Assembly (NCBI GenBank): GCA_052390575.1
Contig: JBQTGU010000018.1
Coordinates: 34,125 to 98,124, forward strand
DNA length: 64,000 bases
Direction of reading: 5' to 3'
Source of the DNA: Actinomycetota bacterium
Lineage (GTDB): Bacteria; Actinomycetota; Acidimicrobiia; IMCC26256; JACDBD01
The notes under the pieces were generated by a model. That model did no database searches. It was not told where the DNA came from and worked only from the letters and a program-made list of their open reading frames with translations. Both the position numbers and the translations under genes were made by a program. Positions 32,615 through 42,334 of this stretch are shown piece by piece (the first letter of the stretch is position 1; every line of letters begins with the position of its first letter).

Positions 32615-32890
32615 TCAGGCGATTGCTTCGCTGGTGTCCCTGGCGCGACCACGCACGCCCGCCCGGCGGCGCGCCGCCAGGACGAGGACGATCCCGGCGA
32701 CGAGCGTCGCCAAGCCGATCCAGACGAGCGGCATCGTCTCCGAGCCGGTGACGGCGAATTCGCCGCCCCCGCCCCCCGCTCCCTGGCCCGCGCCGGCAGG
32801 CGAAGGAGGGTACTGCTGCGCCCACGCCGAGCCGGCGGACACGAGGAGCATGACCATGCTCCCGGCAAGAAGAATCAAGATCCTACGCAT
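32615..32890 (-). CDS. Small (91 aa) secreted Gly/Pro-rich protein with an LAXTG-like (FAVTG) sorting signal; paralog of 7567..7893
   Basis: Signal peptide ending SAWA|QQ, then YPPSPAGAGQGAGGGGGE, FAVTG, the helix PLVWIGLATLVAGIVLVLAA, and RRRAGVRGRAR. RBS GGAGGA precedes the ATG. Confidence 0.6.
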   Translation of the reverse strand: MRRILILLAGSMVMLLVSAGSAWAQQYPPSPAGAGQGAGGGGGEFAVTGSETMPLVWIGLATLVAGIVLVLAARRRAGVRGRARDTSEAIA

Positions 32891-32947
32891 GCCGAATCCT
32901 CCGGCTCATCGAAAGCGGGGCTAGGCCCCGTGACGCGGACAGGCGAG

Positions 32948-32976
32948 ACTCTGCCACGGACCGGACCGCTTGTCCA
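32948..32976 (-). promoter_or_regulatory. Putative promoter TGGACA-17-CAGAGT for the small FAVTG gene
   Basis: Hexamers on the minus strand at 32976..32971 and 32953..32948. A short hairpin, CGGGGC-tag-GCCCCG (32926..32940), lies in the leader. Confidence 0.3.
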
Positions 32977-33005
32977 GCATCGGTTTTTCCGCCTTTGGGC
33001 CCATC

Positions 33006-35981
33006 TCACGGACCGTGGTGGAGCTGGTCCCAGAGCGTGCGCCCGCCCGCCGGCTCCAGGCGGACCCGCACGCGGGTGGACTCCCGGGCCTCGACCCGGC
33101 CCTCGGCGGCCCGGTCGCCGTCGCGGGTGAGCCCGTCGACCTCGGCGATCCGCCACCCGTCCGGCACCTCGAGGCGGACCGAGACGTCGTCCGGGGCCAG
33201 GAAGGGCTGCGGGATGATCTCGAGCTCGTACCAGTCGTCAGGCAGGCGAACGGCTCCAGCCACGTCGAGCGAGAGCGTGGTCGTGGATCCGGCGAAGGTG
33301 CTCACGAACGTCGCGAACACGTTGCGTCCGAGCTCGCGATCGCTCTCCAGGGACGTCACGTTGTGCTCGAGGTCCGACCGTGTGACGTCGGAGGGGGTGA
33401 AGACCGAGACGAAGGAGAAGTTCTCCCCGGCGACGAAGCGGTCCTCGAGCCCCTCGGCCGGCCCGATGACGGCAACCGGCAGCCCGCTGCTCGGCGCGGT
33501 GTTCTCGAGCGCCACGTCGACCTGGCCGGTCACCTCGGCGTACTCGCCGGAGCCCACCGGATCGATCGTGACCGAGTAGTCGACGTGGCGCCTGAGGTAG
33601 TAGTCGAGCTTGTTGGCCCCGGCGTTCTGGGTGACCACGATGAGGGAGTCGCTCTCGGGCCGCGGCACTGAGCCTTCGGTGTTCACGAGCTCGGAGAGCG
33701 CCTGTTCCTCCGGCCTCGTGAAGTACACGGAGACGTGGCCCTCGCGGCTGGCCCGCCCGAGAACCTCGGCGATCCGGCTGGGCCGACCGAGGTCGTCGGA
33801 CTCGGTCGCGACATCGACGACCTCCTCGGCGACGTCGCCGAGGAAGTCGGCCCGCTCGGGCGTGGCCTCGAAGGCCACGTACGCCTGGCTCAACGTCACG
33901 TCGACGACGTTGTCGGCCGTGATCGGCACCGGCCATCCCTCGACCGGCACCGGGCCGGTGAGCTCGAGCAGGGCGGCGAGACCGACGGGGTCGACGGCGA
34001 CCACGCCGTCGACCTTCTCCCCGCCCGACTCCGGGTAGAGCTCGGCGATCACCTGGCCGACCACCGGGAACTCGGGTGACATGTTCACGTTCTGCCACGT
34101 CAGCTCGGGCTCGAAGCGGCCGTAGCGCCGCAGGTACTCCTCGGGGCCGGAGATAGTCCGGCTGCGGTCGCCACCTTCGTTCAGCACGGTCACTCGCCTG
34201 ATGAACTCGAGGTCGACCTTGCCGTTCTCGGCGGTCAGGATTCCCCAGCTGCCGATGAAACCTCCCGTCGCCCGGAGCTCGGCGGGGTTCTGCACCGCGA
34301 GGAAGTAGCGGCGCGGTCCGTTCCCCCCCAGGACCTCGGGCGCGAGCCGGGCGGCTCCCGCGCCCCGGGCGGCGTCCTGCTCGGCGCGCGCGAGCTCGTG
34401 CTCGACCTTGTCGAGCGCCTCGTGGACGGGCGCGAGCAGAAACCCCGTGTGGATGTCAGCGACCCGTTCCTCCGTCCCGCTGAGGAGCGCGGCCGCCTCC
34501 TCCAGGCTCGGCGTGATGCGCCGCACCTCGTCGAGGGGGATCGTCCCGTCTCGCACCCGGAGCTTGTCTTGATCCACGGGCCCGGTTAGCCGCTCGCCCG
34601 CTCGGGCCAGGTCCAGGCCCGCGTCGGCGAGCTCGCGGGTGGCATGGAGGTTCGCCCCCAGCACGGGAACGACGAGCCCACCCAGCACGACCGGGTTGTA
34701 CAGACGATCGCGCGCGTCCGCGAAGGCTGCGGACGCCTCTTCGAACCGTTCGGCCGCAACGTCGGGATCACCCCTTCGTGCCGCGGAGATCCCGCGCTCG
34801 GCCAGCCGCCGACCATCCTCGAGTGAGCGGCGGGACTCGATGCCCGCCACGACGCCGGGGATCGACGCGAGCGTCGCCGCGACCCCCACGCCCAACACGA
34901 CGAGCACGACGCGGCCGCTGATGCCCTCGGCTCGCCCCTCGTACACGCGTCCTCGGCCGGCCACGCTCGCCAGCACGACCAGCGGGAGCGCGGCGACGGC
35001 TGCGCCCGGCCCGACCGGCAGCACGCCCCGCCCCACGAAGATCGCCACGACCGACAGGGTGAGTTGGACGGCTACGAGCACTCGGACGACGCCTGCGGTT
35101 CGCCACCCGCGCGCGCGGAGGCGGTGCGGGAGGTGATCGGGCCGGCGCGTGGTCAGTCGCCGGCGGTGACGCAGGCGGCTGAACGCCACCATCACGGTGT
35201 CGGTGATCGGGAGCCCGAGCAGGATCAGCGGAACGGCGAGGCTCCCGGGCGAAGCGATCGCGGGCTCAAGCTCGATCGCCGCCACCGCCAGGATGGCGCC
35301 GGTCGGCAGACCACCGGCCTGACCGACGAACAGCGACGCCGGCCGCAGGTTGTACGTCAGGAAGCCGAGACAGGCACCGGCTGCCGCGGCCGCGATCGTG
35401 GCGAGACCATCCTGGTCACCGAAGGCGGCGAGGCCGAATGCGCCACCGGCGGCGGCGGCGGCCACGCCGGCAAGCAGGCCGTCGGTGTTGCCGATCCCAG
35501 CAACTGCGGCGGTGACGCCGGCGATCCACACGACCGTGACCACGGCATCCGTCGTGGGGACGCCGAAGAACTCGACCCGGGCCCCGCCGACCACGGGCAC
35601 GACCGAGATCGCGAGGATCGACCAGGAGAGGGACCGCTCCCGCAGTCGGCCCTGGTCGGCCAGCACCCCGACGACCGCGAACGCGACCACGGCGGGAGCC
35701 AGCGCCAGCAGCTCGCGGGCATGGTCGGGCGCGAGCAGCCATCCCGCCAGTGACGCCACCAACACGACGCCCCCCGAACGCCGGATGAGTCGAGCGGATG
35801 AGGAGCCTCGGGCGCTGCGGCGCAACTGAGCCCCCGCGATGACTGGGAGCAACGCCGACACCGAGAATGCCAGCGCCCACCGGTCCGCCACCCGGGGGAC
35901 GCTAGACGTCCTTCCCCTTCCGGCGGTGGCGGGCGGCGGTGTGCGCGCGCCGTCTACGACTGCGCCTAGGACCTCGGACAT
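33006..35981 (-). CDS. Fusion protein: degenerate MraY/WecA-like polytopic membrane domain + DUF4012 domain
   Basis: The N-terminal ~380 aa have about 10 TM segments with WecA-like remnants (IGNTDGLLAGVAA, PITDTVMVAFSRLRHRR, RPDHLPHRLRARG). The C-terminal ~600 aa carry the DUF4012 hallmark PRRYFLAVQNPAELRATGGFIGSWG. Confidence 0.75.
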   Translation of the reverse strand: MSEVLGAVVDGARTPPPATAGRGRTSSVPRVADRWALAFSVSALLPVIAGAQLRRSARGSSSARLIRRSGGVVLVASLAGWLLAPDHARELLALAPAVVAFAVVGVLADQGRLRERSLSWSILAISVVPVVGGARVEFFGVPTTDAVVTVVWIAGVTAAVAGIGNTDGLLAGVAAAAAGGAFGLAAFGDQDGLATIAAAAAGACLGFLTYNLRPASLFVGQAGGLPTGAILAVAAIELEPAIASPGSLAVPLILLGLPITDTVMVAFSRLRHRRRLTTRRPDHLPHRLRARGWRTAGVVRVLVAVQLTLSVVAIFVGRGVLPVGPGAAVAALPLVVLASVAGRGRVYEGRAEGISGRVVLVVLGVGVAATLASIPGVVAGIESRRSLEDGRRLAERGISAARRGDPDVAAERFEEASAAFADARDRLYNPVVLGGLVVPVLGANLHATRELADAGLDLARAGERLTGPVDQDKLRVRDGTIPLDEVRRITPSLEEAAALLSGTEERVADIHTGFLLAPVHEALDKVEHELARAEQDAARGAGAARLAPEVLGGNGPRRYFLAVQNPAELRATGGFIGSWGILTAENGKVDLEFIRRVTVLNEGGDRSRTISGPEEYLRRYGRFEPELTWQNVNMSPEFPVVGQVIAELYPESGGEKVDGVVAVDPVGLAALLELTGPVPVEGWPVPITADNVVDVTLSQAYVAFEATPERADFLGDVAEEVVDVATESDDLGRPSRIAEVLGRASREGHVSVYFTRPEEQALSELVNTEGSVPRPESDSLIVVTQNAGANKLDYYLRRHVDYSVTIDPVGSGEYAEVTGQVDVALENTAPSSGLPVAVIGPAEGLEDRFVAGENFSFVSVFTPSDVTRSDLEHNVTSLESDRELGRNVFATFVSTFAGSTTTLSLDVAGAVRLPDDWYELEIIPQPFLAPDDVSVRLEVPDGWRIAEVDGLTRDGDRAAEGRVEARESTRVRVRLEPAGGRTLWDQLHHGP

Positions 35982-36134
35982 CTGCCGCGCGGTGAAGGCG
36001 CGTCAGCCCGTCGTGGGGCAGCGAAGAGCTACGGCGGACACATCATCCTTCGGCGGCGCTGAGCGTCGTCATCGTCAGAGGCTCTCCGGCATCGCGGTGG
36101 CGATGTACGGCAGCAACTTCCGCCCCGCAGGGCT

Positions 36135-37427
36135 ATGAGGGAGGACGACGTGCTCCGCCAGGCCCACGACGTGCGACCCGTACCGAACATGTACGGATCG
36201 GAATACATTTGGCACGACATCGCGTCGCGGCCTCAGACGGTCCGTGGCCGACTTGGGTTGCACACGCCGGAATCGAGGAGAAGAGTGACTATCGTGGGCG
36301 GGTTCCAACCGCGCGTCGCCGTCTCTGTGCGGACGGTGCTAATCACGACCGAAATCGCCCAGATGCTGGCCGACTCGCTCGAGCACCTCGGAGCCCACGC
36401 TTGGGTCGTTCGTGAGCGCGACCATGCGACGCCAACACCCGAGGTGCTCGTGATCGTCGGCGCCGGCCCGGAGTTCGGCTCGCTCGAGCGGTTGCTCAGT
36501 TCTTGGCCGAAGCGACCGTTCACCATCCTGTGGGCGTTGGAGCCCTTTCCACCTCCAGACCTGCCCGAGGACACCGTCCGCCGCGGTCAGCGGATGGCGG
36601 AGGTCGACGCCCGGCTTCGCCTCCCGGAGAACCGGCTTGGCGTCACGTTGCGGCACATCTTGCCGAATGGACTGCGAGAACGAGCCTCGCGTTTGCGGGC
36701 TCGCCTCACCGCCGGCTCCGGCGCGCTGATCGACCGCGGACACCAGGCGGCGCCGGGGAGGATCGACCGCCACGCGTTCCGCCGCCTGCGGTGGGTGACA
36801 AGGAACGTCCAAGCCGGAAGCATCGGCCACGTCATGGTGACGAACACGAACGCTGTGCGCATCCTCGCCGACCACGGGATCCACGCCACCCGGGCACCCG
36901 TGGGCTATCACCGCTGGATGGGCGGCGACCTCAGCCGCGCGCGGGACATCGACGTGGCGTTCCTCGGGAACCCGGCGGGCGCCCGAGCAGGCCGGCTAGC
37001 AACCATCAAGGAGGAGCTCGCCCAGCTCGGCATCGCCCTCACGGTGCCGCTTCCGATATGGGAACGCAGCGAGCGGACCGCCTTTCTCAGCCGTACACGA
37101 GTGCTTGTGAACCTTCGCAGCAACTCATGGCACCCCGAGCTCGAGCGCTTCGTGCTGGCGGCTGCCAACGGTGCCCTCGTAGTCTCCGAGGCCCCAATCC
37201 CAGCGACCGAGCCTTTCGTGAACGCCACGCATTTCGTCGCCGTTCCCGCGAACGAGATCCCCGACACCGTGGCTCATTACATCGACCACGAGAACGAGCG
37301 TCGCGCCATCGCCGACAATGCCCACGAGCTCGTCACGACGGAGGTCACGATGGCAGCGGTTGCCCACCGAGTGCTTGCGGTGGCGGCAGGAATTGGCCTG
37401 TTCGATGACTCCGAACACCGCAAGTGA
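36135..37427 (+). CDS. CgeB-like / Glyco_trans_1_2-type putative glycosyltransferase (start uncertain; alternative GTG at 36327)
   Basis: The C-terminal part reads ERFVLAAANGALVVSEAPIP...HFVAVPANEIPDTVAHYIDHENERRAIADNAHELV, as in CgeB-family proteins. The region is AT-richer. Confidence 0.5.
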   Translation: MREDDVLRQAHDVRPVPNMYGSEYIWHDIASRPQTVRGRLGLHTPESRRRVTIVGGFQPRVAVSVRTVLITTEIAQMLADSLEHLGAHAWVVRERDHATPTPEVLVIVGAGPEFGSLERLLSSWPKRPFTILWALEPFPPPDLPEDTVRRGQRMAEVDARLRLPENRLGVTLRHILPNGLRERASRLRARLTAGSGALIDRGHQAAPGRIDRHAFRRLRWVTRNVQAGSIGHVMVTNTNAVRILADHGIHATRAPVGYHRWMGGDLSRARDIDVAFLGNPAGARAGRLATIKEELAQLGIALTVPLPIWERSERTAFLSRTRVLVNLRSNSWHPELERFVLAAANGALVVSEAPIPATEPFVNATHFVAVPANEIPDTVAHYIDHENERRAIADNAHELVTTEVTMAAVAHRVLAVAAGIGLFDDSEHRK

Positions 37428-37436
37428 GATGTGGCG

Positions 37437-38240
37437 TCACGCTCGCCGTACCCGGGCCAGCTGTGTAGTCAGGGTTCCCCATTCCTCCTTGAACTCGTTG
37501 ACGGGAGGAAGAAGCTCCACACGCCATCGGTTCCGGTCGATGGAGTCGACGAGCGCCCTGACGCCATAGCCTCCTCTCACGACACCGTCTTCGTTGGTGT
37601 AGTCATCGAAGATGACAACCGAGCCGTCATGGAGAAAGGCCTGCACGTTCGCCCAGTCGGACGCCACGGTCTCGTAGGAATGACCGCCGTCGATGAATAC
37701 GAGGTCCATCGGCGGCAACCGTGCTTTGCGAAGTGTCTCGCGAGAGTCGCCACCCAGGAGGTGCACGGTGGCTCCTCGCCGCTCCAGCCTGGCCCGGATG
37801 TCTTGTTCGGACAGCGGCATCGACGAAAGCTCGCGCGCCAGGAGCTCGGGCGCGGCGTGTTCGCGGAACACATCGAACCCCCAGTACTCGGCCCGACCAT
37901 GCGTCTTGAGCACCTCGGCAATCAGCAGTCGGGCGCTTCTGCCACCGCTGACACCGATCTCCAGGATCCTCGGCCCGGACGCGGCACGCGCCTCGCGCCT
38001 CAGCGTCTGGTAGCGGGACGGAAGGCCCCGACGGAAGCCCGGATCGATGACCCGCTTGGCGCGTCCGGCGGCCCACCGAAGTGTCCTCCGGATGCCCTTC
38101 GGCCTTCGGAGCCCACGAAGCACGAGGCCGATCCTTGACCACTCGCGCCGCCGGGCACCCCGATGGTCCTCGCTGTGTCCACGAGCGGCTCCGGTCATCC
38201 GGGCGATGATACGAGGCCTGTCGATGTCGTCGACGGGCAT
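37437..38240 (-). CDS. Class I SAM-dependent methyltransferase (Methyltransf_24-like)
   Basis: ILEIGVSGGRSARLL (motif I) and DLVFIDGGHSYETVASDW. Confidence 0.7.
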   Translation of the reverse strand: MPVDDIDRPRIIARMTGAARGHSEDHRGARRREWSRIGLVLRGLRRPKGIRRTLRWAAGRAKRVIDPGFRRGLPSRYQTLRREARAASGPRILEIGVSGGRSARLLIAEVLKTHGRAEYWGFDVFREHAAPELLARELSSMPLSEQDIRARLERRGATVHLLGGDSRETLRKARLPPMDLVFIDGGHSYETVASDWANVQAFLHDGSVVIFDDYTNEDGVVRGGYGVRALVDSIDRNRWRVELLPPVNEFKEEWGTLTTQLARVRRA

Positions 38241-38344
38241 GGGACCGTACGGGGAACGAGGCTCGGAGACCCAGCCGAGGCCGGTGGCGCGCGCCTGACG
38301 CCCTCTCTAGGACGCCGCATCTATTGCGGGTCCGTTCCGGGACG

Positions 38345-40282
38345 TCAGGGCTGGCCGGGTGCGGCGGCGGGCTTGTCACCGGTCGCGGCCCACTCGTGGT
38401 CCCGCGCGGAGGGCTCGGGAATCACGGTGACGATATGCAGCAAAAGGCGGCGGGCCTCGTCCTGGTCGCCCTGCTCGGCGACAAGCTGCAGCTGCTCGAG
38501 GGTGCGCTCGAGCTGCTCGGCGGACATCCGGGCCGGTCGCAACGCGACGACGGAGGGGTGCTCTGTCGACGCGACCGCTTCCCACGGCGCCCGCAGCTCC
38601 TCGATCAGCTTCTCGCCCGGGCGCGGGCCGGTGATCTGCACTTCGATATCGGACCCGACCTCGAGCCCGCAGAGGTGGATCATCCGTTCGGCGAGCTCGA
38701 GGATGTTCACCGGCTCGCCCATCTCCAGCATGAAGACTTCGTTGTCGCGGGCGATCGCGGCGGCCTGGAGCACCAGGCTCACGGCCTCGGACACGCTCAT
38801 GAAGAAGCGCGTCATCTCGGGGTCGGTCACTGTCACGGGACCACCCGCGGCGATCTGCTGTTGAAACGTCGGGATGACGCTCCCCCGGCTGCCGAGGACA
38901 TTGCCGAATCGCACCGAGCAGTACTGGTGGCCCGGTGGCGTGCGCGCGAGAACGATCTGCTCCGCCAGCCACTTCGATGCACCCATCACGTTCGCCGGTC
39001 GGGCGGCCTTGTCGGTCGAGACGAAGACCAGGCGCTCCACCCCGACGCGCACGGCAGCGTCGGCGACGTACACGGTGCCGAGCACATTGGTGCACACGGC
39101 CTCGCACGCGTGCTGCTCCAGGATCGGGACGTGCTTGTGGGCGGCGGCGTGGAACACGACGTCGGGACGCGTCTGATCGAAGACCCGATCGACCACCTCC
39201 CGGTCGCCGACGTCGGCGAGCACCTGCTTGACGAAGCCCGGCAACCGGGCGGCGGCATCGTGGAGGTGGGTCTCGTCCCGGTCGACGAGCACGAGTGAGC
39301 CCGGGTCGAACTCGGCTACCTGGCGGGCGATCTCGGAGCCGATGGATCCGCCGCCCCCGGTGATGAGCACCCGCCGGCCGCGCAGGAAGTCGCGCACGAC
39401 GCCGGAGTCGACCTCCACCTGGCGCCGGCCGAGGAGGTCTTCGATGCGGAGGTCGCGGGCATCCCGCACCGAGACGTCCCCGTGCATCAAGTCGGCGATG
39501 GTCGGGAGCGTCTTGACCGGGACGCCGGCCGCGGCCGCCGCCGTCGCCACCCGACGGGCGACCTCCGGGCCGGCCGAGGGGATCGCCAGGAGCACCTGGT
39601 GGGCGCCGTGCTCGTGGATCACCTTCGTGAGATCGCCGACCGTCCCGGCGATTCGGACTCCGCCGACGGAACGGCCCCGGATGCGCGGGTTGTCGTCCAC
39701 GACCGCCACCGGTGTCAGCCCGATCTTCTCGTTGCGGCGCATCTCGCGCAGGATCGTCGCCCCGGCCGAGCCCGCGCCGACCACCACGACCCGCAGACCG
39801 AGGGTGCGGTCAACCGCTTGCCGGAACGCGAACAGTCGCGACTGGAAGCGGACCGCACCCAGGAGAAGGCTGGTGAAGAGGGGGCCCATCAGGAGGACCG
39901 AGAGGGGCATGCGGAGCGGTCCCTCCCAGGCGAACAGGCCGAACAGCACCGCCCCGGAGGTGAGGCCGGCGAGCAGGAGGCGACGGGCCTCTTCGATGCT
40001 GGCGTGCTCCCACATGTGGCCGTACGCGCCCCAGAGGCGGTTGGCGACCAGGTGCACCAGGACGGCGACGGGGAGGAACACCCGGAGCCGCGCCCAGAAG
40101 TGGGACGGAACCGAAAGCTCGAAGCGCAGCAGCACCAACGCGGTGTACGCGGTCAGGACCAGGAAGCAGTCGAGGAATGCCAACGCGACATCGCCGGGGA
40201 TCCGGCTGGCGGCCCGCGCGATCTCCAAACTGGCCCGCCGAGCGGGCGGGCGAAGGGATGACCGTCGCCGCTGGGCCCTCAC
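38345..40282 (-). CDS. Membrane-anchored NDP-sugar 4,6-dehydratase/epimerase, CapD/PglF/WbpM family
   Basis: Four N-terminal TM segments, then LRVVVVGAGSAG, VLITGGGGSIGSEIARQV and STDKAARPANVMGASKWLAE. Confidence 0.9.
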   Translation of the reverse strand: MRAQRRRSSLRPPARRASLEIARAASRIPGDVALAFLDCFLVLTAYTALVLLRFELSVPSHFWARLRVFLPVAVLVHLVANRLWGAYGHMWEHASIEEARRLLLAGLTSGAVLFGLFAWEGPLRMPLSVLLMGPLFTSLLLGAVRFQSRLFAFRQAVDRTLGLRVVVVGAGSAGATILREMRRNEKIGLTPVAVVDDNPRIRGRSVGGVRIAGTVGDLTKVIHEHGAHQVLLAIPSAGPEVARRVATAAAAAGVPVKTLPTIADLMHGDVSVRDARDLRIEDLLGRRQVEVDSGVVRDFLRGRRVLITGGGGSIGSEIARQVAEFDPGSLVLVDRDETHLHDAAARLPGFVKQVLADVGDREVVDRVFDQTRPDVVFHAAAHKHVPILEQHACEAVCTNVLGTVYVADAAVRVGVERLVFVSTDKAARPANVMGASKWLAEQIVLARTPPGHQYCSVRFGNVLGSRGSVIPTFQQQIAAGGPVTVTDPEMTRFFMSVSEAVSLVLQAAAIARDNEVFMLEMGEPVNILELAERMIHLCGLEVGSDIEVQITGPRPGEKLIEELRAPWEAVASTEHPSVVALRPARMSAEQLERTLEQLQLVAEQGDQDEARRLLLHIVTVIPEPSARDHEWAATGDKPAAAPGQP

Positions 40283-40335
40283 CAGGGCTTTTTATCGCGT
40301 CGGGCAGGGGGGTACCAGCATTGCCGGGCACCGTC

Positions 40336-41406
40336 CTACCGGCGTTGGAGGATGCGGCCGAGGAGCCCGTCCCACGCCTCTGCGACGACCCGGAGCTCGA
40401 AGCGGTCCCGGCAGGGTGTACGCGCCGCCTCGCCCAGTGCGACGGGGTCATCGAGCACGTCACGGATGGCGCGAGCGAAGCCGTCGGGGTCGGCGGGGGG
40501 AGCGAGGCGGCCGGTCACGCCGTCGACCACGATGTCGGACACCGACCCGACATCGGTTGCGACTGCCGGCACACCCATGAGGCCCGCTTCGATGAGCACG
40601 CCGGGGAGGCCCTCGGTGAGGCTCGGGAGCACGATCGCGTCCGCAGCTGCCAGCGCTTGACTGGGGTCTTGCACGCTTCCCACGAAGCGGACGCGGCCGG
40701 GCGCGGCGGTTGCCGCCCGCGCTTCGAGGGCAGTCCGGTCGGGACCGTCGCCGGCCACGAGCAGGTGCACGCCCGGCAGCCGTGACATCGCGTCGACCGC
40801 GGTTCCGACGTCCTTTTCGGGGCTGAGCGCACCGAGGTACACGAGGACGGGTACGTCTGGGGCGAGGCCGAACCGCTCGCGGGCTCGGGCGTGGGAGGCC
40901 GCGCTGACGGGCGGGAAGCTGTCGGCCGGAACGCCGTGAGGGATGACGCAGACGCGTTCCGGGCGAACCGCGAAGTCGCGCGTGAGCGTCACCGCGATCG
41001 CGTCGGTCAGCGCGACCACGGCACGGGCGCGCCCGAGGAGGACCCGGGATCGGAGCCGGCGCAGTGGGGTCGTTGCCCAATCGCCGGGCTCCCCGATGTT
41101 CCGGTAGACGAACGGGACTCGTGTCCCGGCCAGCGCGAGGGCCGAGGCCGGCAGCGTCGTGGACCCGTGCGCGATCACCGCCGCCGTCTCGCGGGCCCGC
41201 GACCGGAGCGCCCTGAGGGTCGCGGCGGCGAGGCGGCGCCGACCCAACGCGGTGACCGGCAGCCCGCCACCGTGCGCGCCCGGGGCGAGCGCGACCGTGT
41301 CCACCGACCAGCCCCGCTCCTGCAGTGCCTGCCCGAGCTCGACGGCACGGGTCTCGGCACCACGCCGATCGGTTGTGGTGATGACTTGCAGCAGCCGGCG
41401 CGTCAA
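40336..41406 (-). CDS. Glycosyltransferase family 4
   Basis: TTG start overlapping the upstream stop (TTGA). The C-terminus reads LPSLTEGLPGVLIEAGLMGVPAVATDVGSVSDIV. Confidence 0.8.
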   Translation of the reverse strand: MTRRLLQVITTTDRRGAETRAVELGQALQERGWSVDTVALAPGAHGGGLPVTALGRRRLAAATLRALRSRARETAAVIAHGSTTLPASALALAGTRVPFVYRNIGEPGDWATTPLRRLRSRVLLGRARAVVALTDAIAVTLTRDFAVRPERVCVIPHGVPADSFPPVSAASHARARERFGLAPDVPVLVYLGALSPEKDVGTAVDAMSRLPGVHLLVAGDGPDRTALEARAATAAPGRVRFVGSVQDPSQALAAADAIVLPSLTEGLPGVLIEAGLMGVPAVATDVGSVSDIVVDGVTGRLAPPADPDGFARAIRDVLDDPVALGEAARTPCRDRFELRVVAEAWDGLLGRILQRR

Positions 41407-42323
41407 CCGGTCCTCGCGGGTTCGCCGGCAGGAGCTCGGTACCGGCGGACGCGCCAGACGCGGTCGCCCAGCGGAGGCGCGAGCGCGAGCGCGAGCCGAG
41501 CGTGATGCTTCCAGTTCCGAGGGTCCGTCCGCGACGCTCGGGCCAGAAGGCGCCGAGCGTTCCGGTAGTCGCCGGTCCTCGCGGCGGCGACGCCGGCGGT
41601 GGCATACCAGTCACCCAGGAACCGGGGCGACCGGGCCAGCCGCTCGTGGTGCCGTTCGAGCACGAACGTGGCCCCGCTCACCACCCGGGCCGGCGTGCGC
41701 CGCGCCTCGGGCTCTCGCAGCAGACGCCGGATGAGCGGCTTCTCGACGACATTTACCGGCCATCCCCGGGCGCGGCACAGCGGGAGGAGCCGCAGCGCGA
41801 ACTCCGTCTGGTGGCTGCACTGCAGGCCCTCGGCGAATCCCCCCGCGGCGTGGTACGCGTGGCGCGGTACTGCGAACGTCCCCGCCACGAACAGCCAGCG
41901 ATACCCCTCGAAGGCCGCGCCGAGTGGCTCCGGCAAACGCGTCCCCACCACGCGCCCGTCCTCGTCCACGGCGAGCTCCCCGCACGTGACCACCGCGTCG
42001 TCGTCGCCACCGCGCCCGGCGTCGAGCTCAGCCAACCAGTCCGGCAAGGCTTCGTCGTCGTCGTCCAGGAACACGATGGAGCCGCCCGTCGCCTGCTCCA
42101 CTCCGGTGTTGCGAGCCGCCGACAGCCCGCCGTTGTCGCGGTAGACGTAGCGGACGCGATCGTCGTCGATCGCGCTCACGACGGCTTTGGTGTCGTCGAC
42201 GGACCCGTCGTCGACGACGATGAGCTCGAAAGCGCGGAACGACTGGTCGAGAACGCTGTCGATCGCGCGTGAAACGAGTGAAGCGCGGTTGTAGGTGCAG
42301 ATCACCACGCTGAATGCGGGCAC
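41403..42323 (-). CDS. Glycosyltransferase family 2
   Basis: FSVVICTYNRASLVSRAIDSVLDQSFRAFELIVVDDGSVDDT and the DxD region IVFLDDDDEALPDW. Confidence 0.9.
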   Translation of the reverse strand: MPAFSVVICTYNRASLVSRAIDSVLDQSFRAFELIVVDDGSVDDTKAVVSAIDDDRVRYVYRDNGGLSAARNTGVEQATGGSIVFLDDDDEALPDWLAELDAGRGGDDDAVVTCGELAVDEDGRVVGTRLPEPLGAAFEGYRWLFVAGTFAVPRHAYHAAGGFAEGLQCSHQTEFALRLLPLCRARGWPVNVVEKPLIRRLLREPEARRTPARVVSGATFVLERHHERLARSPRFLGDWYATAGVAAARTGDYRNARRLLARASRTDPRNWKHHARLALALAPPLGDRVWRVRRYRAPAGEPARTG

Positions 42324-42334
42324 GAACGCCGATC

